Origin: Gaiellales bacterium
GTDB lineage: Bacteria; Actinomycetota; Thermoleophilia; Gaiellales; JAICJC01
Direction of reading: 5' to 3'
DNA length: 64,000 nt
NCBI GenBank assembly: GCA_045806525.1
Contig: JBJMJD010000050.1
Span: forward strand, 21,177 to 85,176
Below, one piece after another: positions 48,263-59,268 of this stretch. Under the pieces are notes generated by a model. That model worked only from the letters and a program-made list of their open reading frames with translations, searched no databases and was not told where the DNA came from. Made by a program: the position numbers and the translations under genes. Each line of letters begins with the position of its first letter. The stretch's first letter is position 1.

Positions 48263-49381
48263 TCAGGCCGGCAGCGCCACCTGATCGAGCGGCGTGTACC
48301 CCATGCCCACCGCCTCGGCCACCGGCTCATACGTGAGCTTGCCGTCGATCACGTTGACGCCCTTGGCGAGGGCACCATCCTCCGCGATGGCGCGGCTGAG
48401 GCCCTTGTCGGCGATCGCCTCGATGTAGGGCAACGTGACGTTCGTGAGCGCCCCGGTCGATGTGATCGGCACCGCTCCCGGCATGTTCGCAACGCAGTAG
48501 TGCAGCACGTCGTCGACCACGTAGGTGGGATCGGTGTGGGTGGTCGGCCGCGAGGTCTCGAAGCATCCGCCCTGGTCGATCGCCACGTCCACCAGCACCG
48601 AAGCCGCCTTCATCGTGCCCAGCATCTCCCGCGTGATCAGGTGCGGTGCCTTCGCGCCGGGGATCAGCACCCCGCCGATCACCAGGTCGGCCTCGGGCAA
48701 CGCCTCCTCGATGGCGTGCCGGCTGGACATCTGCAACAGCACCGTGCGACCCAGGCTGACGTCGAGCTCGCGCATGCGGTCGACGCTGCGCTCGAAGATG
48801 GTGACGTCGCACTGCATGCCCTGGGCGATCAGCGCGGCGTTGTACCCGACGATGCCACCGCCGAGCACCAGCACCTTGGCCGGCAACACGCCCGGCACGC
48901 CGCCCATCAGCCGGCCACGGCCGCCGAAGGGCTTCATCAGGTAGTAGGCGCCGACCTGCGCGGACAGCCGTCCGGCCACCTCGCTCATCGGGGCCAGCAG
49001 CGGCAGCCGATGGTCGGGCGTCTCCACCGTCTCGTAGGCGATCGCGGTGGCGCCGCTCTCGACCAGGCCCCGCGTCAGCTCGGGCGCCGCCGCCAGGTGC
49101 AGATAGGTGAACAGCACCTGGCCGGGCGAGAGCTTCTGGTACTCGCCGTCCAGCGGCTCCTTCACCTTCAGCACCATCTCCGACTCGCCCCAGACCGTGT
49201 CGACGTCAACGATCGAGGCGCCGGCGGCCACGTAGTCGTCGTCCGAGATGGCGCTGCCCTCGCCGGCCGCGGTCTCGATCACGACCTCATGCCCGCGGGT
49301 GACCAGCTCCCGCGCGCCGGCGTTCGTCAGCGCGACGCGGTACTCGTCCTGCTTGATCTCCCTTGCAACGCCGATCTTCAT
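48263..49381 (-). CDS. ald: alanine dehydrogenase
   Basis: [20 protein letters not shown]-terminus and [10 protein letters not shown] Rossmann motif. Trimmed to ATG 49381. Confidence 0.95.
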   Translation of the reverse strand: MKIGVAREIKQDEYRVALTNAGARELVTRGHEVVIETAAGEGSAISDDDYVAAGASIVDVDTVWGESEMVLKVKEPLDGEYQKLSPGQVLFTYLHLAAAPELTRGLVESGATAIAYETVETPDHRLPLLAPMSEVAGRLSAQVGAYYLMKPFGGRGRLMGGVPGVLPAKVLVLGGGIVGYNAALIAQGMQCDVTIFERSVDRMRELDVSLGRTVLLQMSSRHAIEEALPEADLVIGGVLIPGAKAPHLITREMLGTMKAASVLVDVAIDQGGCFETSRPTTHTDPTYVVDDVLHYCVANMPGAVPITSTGALTNVTLPYIEAIADKGLSRAIAEDGALAKGVNVIDGKLTYEPVAEAVGMGYTPLDQVALPA

Positions 49382-49467
49382 GTGGACATACCCTCTTTGG
49401 ATGGCGGGAACCCGGGCGCCCGAAGATCCCACGGGTGCGGTCGGTCAAACCCGGAGATTGTACGGCC

Positions 49468-50589
49468 TCATCCGCCGGTATGGGCAAGATCGATCAGCGC
49501 GGCCGTGACCTCGGTCATCCCCTCGAGATCGGCCACCGAGATGTGCTCGGTCGATGTGTGGATCTCGGCCGCGCCGTTGCACATGTTCAGGCAGGGCATG
49601 CCGGCGGCGTTGAACACATTGGCGTCGGCGCCGCCGCCCGACTCGATGAAGCCGGGCTCGTAGCCGCAGGCGGCCAGCGCGCGCACCGCGAGCGCCACCG
49701 GGCGCTCGTCACCTGAGAAGCGGTAGGTCTCGTACTCGCTGGAGACCGCCGCCTCGACCTCACATCCCGTCTCGCTGGCAGCCGCCGTGCAGGCGTCGAG
49801 GATCGCCTGCACCGTCTCGCTCAGCCGGGTGGCACTGCGGCTGCGAGCCTCCGCGCTCACCACGCACAGCGGCGGGACGATGTTGCCGGCCACGCCGCCC
49901 TCGATCAGACCGACGTTGGTGGTGGTCTCCGGGTCGATGCGCCCGAGCGGCATCGCGGCGATCGCGCGGGCCGCGGCCAGGATCGCGCTGCGTCCCTGCT
50001 CGGGCACCATGCCCGAGTGCGATGGTCGCCCGCGGAAGGTGAGCCGCAGCGTCCGCTGGGACGGCGCGGCCAGCACGATCTGGCCGATCGGCGCGGCGTG
50101 GTCGTAGCAGTAGCCGAACTCGGCCTGCAGCCGCGAGACGTCGAACCGCTTGGCGCCCCTCAGCCCGATCTCCTCCATCGGCGTGAACACCAGCTCCAGC
50201 CCGGCGTGCTCATCCCCGCGCTGCACGAGGTCGCGGACGGCCGCCAGCATCGACGCCACCGCCGCCTTGTTGTCGGCGCCCAGGATCGCGTCCCGGCTGT
50301 TGGTGACCACGCCGTCGTTCACGACCGGCTCGATCGCATCGGTGGGTGGCACGGTGTCCAGGTGGGCGTTCAGGAAGATGGGCGTGCCGGGAGCGGTGGC
50401 CGGCAGGCGGCACATGATGTTCCCGATCTCCGACCCGATCGCCGCGCCGGCCTCGTCCTCGTCGGTCTCGAGGCCGAGCTGGTGCAGGAAGCCGTGGACG
50501 CGATCGGCGACCGCCCGCTCGTGGCCGGGCGGGCTGCTGATGGCGGCCAGCTCCAGGAACATGTCGAGGACGGAGTCGGTGGAGTTCAT
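49468..50589 (-). CDS. M20/M25/M40-family metallopeptidase (peptidase T / tripeptidase-like)
   Basis: Taken from ATG 50589. LNAHLDTV, GADNKAAVA and EEIGLRGA motifs. Confidence 0.8.
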   Translation of the reverse strand: MNSTDSVLDMFLELAAISSPPGHERAVADRVHGFLHQLGLETDEDEAGAAIGSEIGNIMCRLPATAPGTPIFLNAHLDTVPPTDAIEPVVNDGVVTNSRDAILGADNKAAVASMLAAVRDLVQRGDEHAGLELVFTPMEEIGLRGAKRFDVSRLQAEFGYCYDHAAPIGQIVLAAPSQRTLRLTFRGRPSHSGMVPEQGRSAILAAARAIAAMPLGRIDPETTTNVGLIEGGVAGNIVPPLCVVSAEARSRSATRLSETVQAILDACTAAASETGCEVEAAVSSEYETYRFSGDERPVALAVRALAACGYEPGFIESGGGADANVFNAAGMPCLNMCNGAAEIHTSTEHISVADLEGMTEVTAALIDLAHTGG

Positions 50590-50609
50590 GGCCTTCGAAC
50601 GTACTCCAG

Positions 50610-52118
50610 TCAACCGTCCAAGCCGTACAGCGTCCGGTACTTCGCCCACAGGTACCGCATGAACGGAGCGTGGTCGAGCCCGGAGCCGGTCACGCGCCGG
50701 ATCAGATCCTCGCCCTGGTCGATCGCGCCCGCTCGGTGCACGTGCTCGCGCATCCAGCCCAGGACGTGCTGGAACTCACCGGCTGCGATGTGCTCCTCGG
50801 CCGCGGGGTCGTCCTTGCAGTAGGCATCCCAGAGCAGGGCCGAGTAGAGGTTGCCCAGGGTGTAGGTCGGGAAGTAGCCGAACGATCCGTGCGACCAGTG
50901 GATGTCCTGCATCACGCCCAGCACGTCGTTCTCGGGGCGCAGCCCCAGCGTTCGCTCGTAGGCGTCGCCCCACGCTCCCGGCAGCTCCGCCACCTCCAGC
51001 TGGTCGCGCATCAGCGCCAGCTCCAGCTCGAAGCGGATCAGGATGTGCATGTTGTAGGTGACCTCGTCGGCCTCGACGCGAATCAGCGACGGCTGCACGC
51101 GGTTGCAGGCCACGTAGAGCTGCTCCGCCGTGATGTCCGCCGCCACGTCGGGGAAGATCTCGCGCATGACCGGTGCGTAGTGATCCCAGAACGGGCGGCT
51201 GCGCCCCACGATGTTCTCCCACAGCCGCGACTGTGACTCGTGCAGCCCCAGCGACGGCGCGGCGGCCAGCGGCGTGTCCTCGTACCGGGGCTCGAAGCCC
51301 TGCTCGTACAGGCCGTGGCCGGCCTCGTGCACGGTCGAGTAGATCCCGCTCAGCGGGTGACGCTCGTCGATGCGCGTCGTGACGCGGATGTCGCCCAGCG
51401 CCATGGTCTGGGTGAACGGATGCGCGGAGCGGTCCTGGCGCCCGGCGGTGAGGTCAAATCCGAGATCGCCCAACAGGCGCATGGTCAGATCCCACTGCTG
51501 CGCGTCCGGGAACAGCCGCCGCTCGAACGGCGCCGGCTCGAGCTGCGGCGCCGCCACGATCGCGGCCAGCAGCTCGCCCAGCTCGGCGCGCAGCGGCGCC
51601 AGCAGCGGCTCCAGCCGCGCGACCCGCATGCCCGGTTCGAACTGGTCGAGCAGCGCGTCGTAGCGCTCCCCGTCGAAGCCGACCAGGTCGGCCTCATCCC
51701 GCTTGGCGGCGATGATCTCCTCGAGCGCCGGCTCGTAGAGCGCGAAGTCACCCTCCTCACGCGCCACCCGCCAGGCCACCGCGCCCCGCCCCTCGGCCAG
51801 TGCCAGGCGCCGCACGAACTCCGGCGGCAGCTTCACCGCGCGGTCGCGGTCGCGGCGCAGCAGCCGCACCATCTCCCGCCGCGGCCGGTCGAGCGGCTCA
51901 TCGCCGGCCCGGTCGAGCAGCTCGCCCAGCCGCGGATTCACCAGCATCTCGTGCCGGATCACACGCATCGTCGCCATCTGGCGGGCACGGGCGTCGCTGC
52001 CGCGCAGCGGCATGTAGGTCTCCTGATCCCAGCCCAGCAGCGCGTTGACGTTGCTGAGGTCGGCGAACCCGCGCATGCGCGCGGTCAGCTCAGACCAGGT
52101 GTCGTCGACCGTGGTCAT
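50610..52118 (-). CDS. carboxypeptidase Taq-type M32 metallopeptidase
   Basis: Taken from ATG 52118. HEAGHGLYEQG (HExxH) and the conserved M32 C-terminal region (DIHWSHGSFGYFPTYTLGN). Confidence 0.9.
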   Translation of the reverse strand: MTTVDDTWSELTARMRGFADLSNVNALLGWDQETYMPLRGSDARARQMATMRVIRHEMLVNPRLGELLDRAGDEPLDRPRREMVRLLRRDRDRAVKLPPEFVRRLALAEGRGAVAWRVAREEGDFALYEPALEEIIAAKRDEADLVGFDGERYDALLDQFEPGMRVARLEPLLAPLRAELGELLAAIVAAPQLEPAPFERRLFPDAQQWDLTMRLLGDLGFDLTAGRQDRSAHPFTQTMALGDIRVTTRIDERHPLSGIYSTVHEAGHGLYEQGFEPRYEDTPLAAAPSLGLHESQSRLWENIVGRSRPFWDHYAPVMREIFPDVAADITAEQLYVACNRVQPSLIRVEADEVTYNMHILIRFELELALMRDQLEVAELPGAWGDAYERTLGLRPENDVLGVMQDIHWSHGSFGYFPTYTLGNLYSALLWDAYCKDDPAAEEHIAAGEFQHVLGWMREHVHRAGAIDQGEDLIRRVTGSGLDHAPFMRYLWAKYRTLYGLDG

Positions 52119-52144
52119 GCCCGGCTCGTCCGCTCGCGATCCGC

Positions 52145-53788
<1,644 letters not shown>

Positions 53789-53867
53789 CTGGTGTCCACC
53801 TTTCCGAGAGTGACCGGCCCCGGGAAGGCATCATACGCGAGCACCACGACGGCGGCCCACGCGTCGG

Positions 53868-55529
53868 TCAGCCCAGCATCGCGGCGGCGTGGCGCAGCGC
53901 GGTCTCGTCGCCCTCGAGGCCGCCCAGCATGCGCGCAACCTCCTCGACGATCGCGTCGCCCTCGAGCCGGGCGACGGCCGTCACGGCCGGATCACCCTGG
54001 GCCTTCTCGACCCGGAAGTGCACGTCGGCCGACCCGGCGATCTGGGGAAGGTGGGTGATGCACAGCAGCTGCGCGCCGGCCGACAGGCGCTTCAGCTTCT
54101 CGGCCACCGCGTGGGCCGTGCGCCCGCCCACGCCCGCGTCGACCTCATCCAGCAGCAGCGTGGCAGCACCGCCCGCCGACCGCGCCACGACCCGCACCGC
54201 CAGCGCGATCCGCGACAGCTCGCCTCCCGAGGCAACGCTCGCGATCGGGCCCGGCGGCAGGCCGGCGTTGGCGGCCAGGAGCAGCGTCACCCGGTCGGCG
54301 CCGCGCGCACCCAGCTCGACCGGTTCGATCTGCACCTGCAGCCGTGCGCCATCCATGCCGAGGCCTGCCAGCTCCGCCTCGACCGCCTGCGAGAATTGCT
54401 TCGCGGCCTTGCGGCGGGCGGCGTGCAGGCGTGCGGCCGCGCGCTCAGCCGCGGTCGTGGCCTCGGCCAGGGCGGCCTCCAGCCCGGCCAGCCGGCGTCC
54501 TCCGGTGTCGATCAGGTCGAGCGCTGCCTGCGCCTCCGCGCAGCGGGCCGGTAGGTCGTCGGCGCGGGCCCCGAAGCGGTGCTCGAGCTCCGAGAACAGG
54601 AGCAGACGCCGCTCGACGTGCTCGAGCCGGCCGGGCTCCGGCTCGAGGCCGTCCAGCTGGGCGCGCAGCTCGACAGCCGCCTCCTGCATGCGCAGCGAGG
54701 AGTCGCGCAGCTCGGCCGCCACCGCCCCCAGCTCCGGCTGGTAGCGCTCGGCATCGGCGAGCAGCTCGGCCGCGCGCGCGGCCAGGCTGAGCGCGCCGTC
54801 ACCGTCCTCCGGGTTGACGAGCGCGGCCGCCCCGGCGATCGCCGCCACGAGCTCGTCCAGATGCCGCAGCCGCTCGCGCTCCTGGGCGAGCGCGCCGGGC
54901 TCGCCGGGATCGATGGCGGCCTCACCGACGCGACCCACCAGCTGCTCGAGCTCGCCGCGCCGGCGCTCGGCGTCGGCGGCGGCCTGCCGCGCCTGCGCCA
55001 GCTGCTCGCGGGCCGCGCGCAGCTCGCGCCAGGCGGCGGCCATCGCGGAGCGCAGCGCGTCGTTGCCGGCGGCAGAATCGAGCAGGTCGAGCTGGGTGGC
55101 GGGACGGGCCAGGCGCCGCGCCTCGTGCTGCGAGGACACCTCGAGCAGCAGCTCGCCCAGCTGCGCGAGGTCGTCGCGGGCGCAGCTCCGCCCCCATACC
55201 AGCGCCCGGCTGCGGCCGCTGGCGGCGATCCGCCGCGCCACCACCAGCGTCGTCTCGCCCTCGGGCCGCAGCGCCGTCACCGCCTCCGGAGCGTGCTGAT
55301 CGAAGAACCCGTCGGCGACCGCGAACTCCGCCTCGACGTAGGTCTCCGCTCCGTGCGGGCCGACCGTGCCGGCAGCCGGCGCTGCACCGGCCAGCAGCCC
55401 GATCGCCTGGGCGAGCATCGTCTTGCCGGCGCCCGTCTCGCCGGTAAACACGTTCAACCCCGGCCCCAGCTCCAGCTCGGCGTGGTCGATCAGGGCGAGG
55501 TTGTCGATCTGCAGGCGCAGCAGGGTCAC
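53868..55529 (-). CDS. recN: DNA repair protein RecN
   Basis: 553 aa. LNVFTGETGAGKT Walker A, long coiled coil, and C-terminal SGGELSRIALA signature. GTG overlaps the nadK stop. Confidence 0.95.
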   Translation of the reverse strand: MTLLRLQIDNLALIDHAELELGPGLNVFTGETGAGKTMLAQAIGLLAGAAPAAGTVGPHGAETYVEAEFAVADGFFDQHAPEAVTALRPEGETTLVVARRIAASGRSRALVWGRSCARDDLAQLGELLLEVSSQHEARRLARPATQLDLLDSAAGNDALRSAMAAAWRELRAAREQLAQARQAAADAERRRGELEQLVGRVGEAAIDPGEPGALAQERERLRHLDELVAAIAGAAALVNPEDGDGALSLAARAAELLADAERYQPELGAVAAELRDSSLRMQEAAVELRAQLDGLEPEPGRLEHVERRLLLFSELEHRFGARADDLPARCAEAQAALDLIDTGGRRLAGLEAALAEATTAAERAAARLHAARRKAAKQFSQAVEAELAGLGMDGARLQVQIEPVELGARGADRVTLLLAANAGLPPGPIASVASGGELSRIALAVRVVARSAGGAATLLLDEVDAGVGGRTAHAVAEKLKRLSAGAQLLCITHLPQIAGSADVHFRVEKAQGDPAVTAVARLEGDAIVEEVARMLGGLEGDETALRHAAAMLG

Positions 55530-56350
55530 GCCGTGAACGTCTCCCGGTAGCGGCTGAAGAACGAGGTGCCGGCCAGCCGCGCCAACCGCGCGCGCTGCTC
55601 CCCCATGCCCACCGTCATGCGCCCGCCGGGCGGCACGTCGCCCATCGTGTGGCCGTCCTGCACCACCTGCAGGGGGACGTCGTCGGAGCGGTTGTGCACC
55701 TCGACCCGGTGCTCCTCACCCAGCACCATGGAGCGGGCGTGCAGCGAGTGCGGCGACGCGAACGAGAGCACGAAGGCGTCGGCCCCCCACGCCAGCACCG
55801 GGCCGCCGGCCGAGAGGTTGTAGGCGGTGGAACCGGTGGGCGTGGCCAGGATCGCGCCGTCGCAGCCGACCTCGCCCAGCGACGTGCCGTCGACGCACCA
55901 CTCGAGGATCACCATCCGGCCCAAAATGCCGCTGGTGAGCACGATGTCGTTGACCGCCACCAGGTCGTGCAGGCCGTCGTGGCCGCGCAGCGTGGGCAGG
56001 TCGATCACCTCGTAGCCACCGCGGAAGGCCTGCTCGATCCCGGGCTCCAGCTGGTCGGCGTCGACGCTCGTCAGGAAGCCGACCCGGCCGAAGTTGACGC
56101 CGAGGCAAGGCACCTCGGTGCCGAGGTAGCGGTGCAGCGCCCGCAGCGTGGTGCCGTCGCCGCCCAGCACGACCACCAGCTCCGCGCTCGTGTCCTCGAC
56201 CAGCTCCACGCCGCATCGCTCGGCGACCGCGCGCAGGCGGTCGGCCGCGTCGCCGATCCGCTCGATGCGGCCGTGTGTGACCACGGCCGCCCGCGTCACC
56301 GGCCCGCTAGCCGGGGTTGTGGACAGCATCTCGGATCTCCGCGTCGACAT
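55526..56350 (-). CDS. nadK: NAD kinase
   Basis: VVLGGDGTTLRA (GGDG motif) and TPTGSTAYNLSAGGP. The start is uncertain: ORF start 56350 overlaps tlyA by 44 nt, and GTG 56299 avoids the overlap. Confidence 0.9.
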   Translation of the reverse strand: MSTRRSEMLSTTPASGPVTRAAVVTHGRIERIGDAADRLRAVAERCGVELVEDTSAELVVVLGGDGTTLRALHRYLGTEVPCLGVNFGRVGFLTSVDADQLEPGIEQAFRGGYEVIDLPTLRGHDGLHDLVAVNDIVLTSGILGRMVILEWCVDGTSLGEVGCDGAILATPTGSTAYNLSAGGPVLAWGADAFVLSFASPHSLHARSMVLGEEHRVEVHNRSDDVPLQVVQDGHTMGDVPPGGRMTVGMGEQRARLARLAGTSFFSRYRETFTA

Positions 56351-57110
56351 CGACCTCGCGCTCCTCGCTCACCGGATGGCCGGGCGAGGCGAGGTACAGG
56401 AGGTACTCGCGGTTGCCCGCCGGCCCCGGGTGGGAAGAATCGCACACGCCCAGGATGGCGGAGCCCGATCGCGTCACGAACGCGCAAAGATCGTGCAACA
56501 CCTGAGCGCGCACCGCCGGGTCGCGCACCACCCCGTCCCCTACCAGCTCACGTCCGGCTTCGAACTGCGGCTTCACCAGCACGATCGCACGCCACTGCGG
56601 GGCGGCGGCCGCAACCACCGGCGGCAGCACCAGCCGCAGCGAGATGAACGACACGTCGGCCGTCACGAACCCGGGTCGGTAGGACAGGTCGGCCGCCGTC
56701 AGCGCGCGCGCGTTCATGCGCTCGATCACGTGCACGGAGGGGTTCGAGCCCAGCCGCTCGTGCAGCTGGCCACGGCCCACATCCAGCGCGATCACCTCGG
56801 CTGCGCCGTGCTGCAGGAGGCAGTCCGTGAAGCCGCCGGTCGAGGCGCCCACGTCCAGGCAGCGCTCGCCGGTCACGTCCACGCGCCAGCGGCGCAGGCC
56901 GGTCTCGAGCTTGTCGCCGCCGCGGGACACGTACCGCGGACGCTCGGTGACGGCGATGTCGGCGCCGGCTGCGACGGCGGCGCCTGCCTTGTCCACCATC
57001 CTCCCGCCGACGGTCACGCGCCCCGCCATCACCAGCGCCTGTGCACGGCTGCGGTTCTCGGCCAGGCCGCGCTCGACCAGCTCGGCGTCCAGGCGACGGC
57101 GCGACGTCAT
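56307..57110 (-). CDS. tlyA: TlyA-family rRNA 2'-O-methyltransferase (hemolysin A-like), S4 plus FtsJ domains
   Basis: 267 aa. RLDAELVERGL...SRAQA S4 N-terminus and LDVGASTGGFTDCLLQ SAM motif. Confidence 0.9.
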   Translation of the reverse strand: MTSRRRLDAELVERGLAENRSRAQALVMAGRVTVGGRMVDKAGAAVAAGADIAVTERPRYVSRGGDKLETGLRRWRVDVTGERCLDVGASTGGFTDCLLQHGAAEVIALDVGRGQLHERLGSNPSVHVIERMNARALTAADLSYRPGFVTADVSFISLRLVLPPVVAAAAPQWRAIVLVKPQFEAGRELVGDGVVRDPAVRAQVLHDLCAFVTRSGSAILGVCDSSHPGPAGNREYLLYLASPGHPVSEEREVDVDAEIRDAVHNPG

Positions 57111-57586
57111 GGCGGCAGGATAGAAGCGTCCTGGAGGCGGCGGATGATCGGCGTCTTTGCCTCCGTGTAGGCAAGGACGTCCTCATGCTCCGCGGCCAGG
57201 CGCAGCTTCTCTTCCTGGTAGGCGGCCCGCGCAGCCGCGTCGCGCCGTAGCAGGTCGCGGAAGGCGAGGTGGCGCCGGGCCCAGTCGCCGCCCGCAGCGC
57301 ACACGTGGACATGGTAGGGCCGGCGGTCGAAGAACTCGTGGTCGTCGTCGTCCGGGTGGTGCACGTAGCCGAGCGCCAGCAGCGGGTCGCGGTATGCGCC
57401 CCGGGGCCTCATCCACCGCACCTGCGCCTGGATATCGATCCACGGCTTGGCCGCGAGCCCCGGCACCGCCGTCGATCCGATGTGGTCGATCCGCACCGCA
57501 ACGTCGCCCAGCGCCGCGGCCAGACGGTCGCGCTCTGACGCGTACATGCCGGGCCAGGCGGCGTCGTAGGGCACGACGGCGATCAC
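57107..57586 (-). CDS. GrpB-family (UPF0157) nucleotidyltransferase-fold protein
   Basis: Last 159 aa of ORF 57107..57847, from GTG 57586 (VPYDAAWP..., IDHIGSTAVPGLAAKPWIDI). GTGA and ATGA overlaps at the two ends. Confidence 0.75.
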   Translation of the reverse strand: MIAVVPYDAAWPGMYASERDRLAAALGDVAVRIDHIGSTAVPGLAAKPWIDIQAQVRWMRPRGAYRDPLLALGYVHHPDDDDHEFFDRRPYHVHVCAAGGDWARRHLAFRDLLRRDAAARAAYQEEKLRLAAEHEDVLAYTEAKTPIIRRLQDASILPP

Positions 57587-58317
57587 GCGCTGCGGCGTGC
57601 GATCAGCTCTGTCAGCTCCGCCAGCTGCGAGCGGTCGCCGTCGATCGCCGCCAGCAGCTCGAGGGCGCGCTCGTGCGACTCGTGCGCCATCTCGCGGGCC
57701 CGATCGCGGCCGAGTAGCGTGACGTAGCTGGGCTCGCCGTCGGAGCCGTCGTCGAGCACGTCGTCGACGATCTGGAACAGCAGGCCCAGCTCGGCGGCGA
57801 ACCTGCGGTACGGGAGCTGATCGTCGGGCGGCAGCCCCGCCACCCACAGGCCGCAGGCCACCGACGCCTCGATCAGCGCGCCGGTCTTGAGCCGGTGCAA
57901 CCGCGCCAGGTCGTCCTCGGTGGGGGCGGCCGCGGTCACGTCCAGGTACTGCCCGTCGATCATCGCCGCCACGCCATCCGAGAGCTCCCCCAGCACCGCC
58001 AGCCTCACGTCCGCGGGCTCGGCCAGGTGCCGGATGACGTGGCTGTAGGCGGCGTTCAGCAGCGCGTCCCCGGCCAGCACCGCCACCGCCTCGCCGTAGC
58101 GAACGTGGCTGGCGGGCCGGCCTCGCCGCAGGTCGTCGTCGTCGAGCGCCGGCAGGTCATCGTGGACGAGCGAGAAGGCGTGGATCATCTCCAGGGCGGC
58201 GGCGGCGGGCAGCGCCCGCTCCGGATCGCCGCCCGCGGCCCTGGCCGCGGCCAGGCACAGCCGCGGTCGCACCCGCTTTCCCGGCGACAGCAGCGAGTAG
58301 CGGACAGCGTCGTCCAT
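57583..58317 (-). CDS. ispA: short-chain (E)-polyprenyl diphosphate synthase (FPP/GGPP synthase type)
   Basis: LVHDDLPALDDDDLRRG (first DDxxD) and FQIVDDVLD (second DDxxD). Coordinates are given from ATG 58317. The true N-terminus probably lies further upstream (see finding). Confidence 0.85.
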   Translation of the reverse strand: MDDAVRYSLLSPGKRVRPRLCLAAARAAGGDPERALPAAAALEMIHAFSLVHDDLPALDDDDLRRGRPASHVRYGEAVAVLAGDALLNAAYSHVIRHLAEPADVRLAVLGELSDGVAAMIDGQYLDVTAAAPTEDDLARLHRLKTGALIEASVACGLWVAGLPPDDQLPYRRFAAELGLLFQIVDDVLDDGSDGEPSYVTLLGRDRAREMAHESHERALELLAAIDGDRSQLAELTELIARRSA

Positions 58318-58364
58318 GCCGTCGAGCTGGGACTGGGCGGCCAGGCCCTCCAGGTACGGCTCGA

Positions 58365-58541
58365 TCAGGGCGAGGGCTCCGTCGTCTCGAGCCCCTCCGC
58401 GCGGCGCTCGATCTCGTCCAGCGCCTGCTGAGCGAGCTGCGTGATCTGCTCGAGCAGCTCGGCCGTCTCGGCGGGGTCCAGCTGCTCGCCGTCCAGCCGT
58501 CCGCGCAGCTGCTCGATCTGTGTCGCCAACTCTGCAAGCAC
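58365..58541 (-). CDS. small coiled-coil protein, XseB (exonuclease VII small subunit)-like
   Basis: Tail of ORF 58365..58697. LAELATQIEQLRGRLDGEQLDPAETAELLEQITQLAQQALDEIERR aligns loosely with the XseB helix-turn-helix hairpin. Its position between nusB and ispA matches xseB in Bacillus. Start is uncertain (GTG 58541 or TTG 58529). Confidence 0.35.
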   Translation of the reverse strand: MLAELATQIEQLRGRLDGEQLDPAETAELLEQITQLAQQALDEIERRAEGLETTEPSP

Positions 58542-58549
58542 GTCGTCGC

Positions 58550-58951
58550 TCAGGTTCCCACCCCCTCGGTGCGTGCGATCCGGCCCAGGATACCGTTCAC
58601 GAGCGTCGCCGCCTCGGGCGAGGCGTAGCGCTTGGCGAGCGTCACGGCCTCGTCGATGGCCACCGCGGCCGGCACGTCCCCGTCGCTCATCTCCCACACC
58701 GCCAGCCGCAGGATGTTCCGCTCCAGCACGGCCATCCGCTCGCTCGTCCAGCCCTGCGCGGCCTCGTCGATGGCATGGTCAAGGCGCTCGCGGGACGCCC
58801 AGACGCCCTCCGCACGCACACGGGTGAAGTCGCTGACGGGCTCGCCGGTGTCGCGCTGGTAGGCCTCGTAGAGCGACGTGAACGGCTCGTCCATCAGATC
58901 GTGCTGGTAGAGCAGGAAGGCTGCCGCCTTGCGCTCGCCGCGACGGCTCAT
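58550..58951 (-). CDS. nusB: transcription antitermination factor NusB
   Basis: Last 133 aa of ORF 58550..59422, from ATG 58951 (RKAAAFLLYQ..., ERNILRLAVWEM, VAIDEAVTLAKRY, VNGILGRI). Confidence 0.9.
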   Translation of the reverse strand: MSRRGERKAAAFLLYQHDLMDEPFTSLYEAYQRDTGEPVSDFTRVRAEGVWASRERLDHAIDEAAQGWTSERMAVLERNILRLAVWEMSDGDVPAAVAIDEAVTLAKRYASPEAATLVNGILGRIARTEGVGT

Positions 58952-59268
58952 CGCTCCACGCCCGTCACGGTGACGTCCACCGAGCGCACCGGCAGTCCGG
59001 TCATGCCGATCACGGCGGCCGCCACCTGCTCGCGCACGTCCGCGGCGGCGCGGCGCAACGGCACGCCGTAGGAGGCCGCCACATCCACGTCGAAAGCGAC
59101 CCCGCGGGTGTCCAGCTCCCAGCTGACCGCGCCCCGCCGGCCCGGCAGCACGCGCGACACGCGGCCGGGCTGATCGAGGCGCACGCCCTCCACCCGACCG
59201 ACGGCGCCACGGACGATCGAGACGAGTGCCTCGTCGGCGATGGTCGCGTTCGCCAGCTGCACGCTCAT
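58948..59268 (-). CDS. Asp23/Gls24-family envelope stress protein
   Basis: 106 aa. Asp23 pattern (IADEALVSIVRGAV..V.GV...) and the conserved position between accC and nusB. Confidence 0.85.
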   Translation of the reverse strand: MSVQLANATIADEALVSIVRGAVGRVEGVRLDQPGRVSRVLPGRRGAVSWELDTRGVAFDVDVAASYGVPLRRAAADVREQVAAAVIGMTGLPVRSVDVTVTGVER

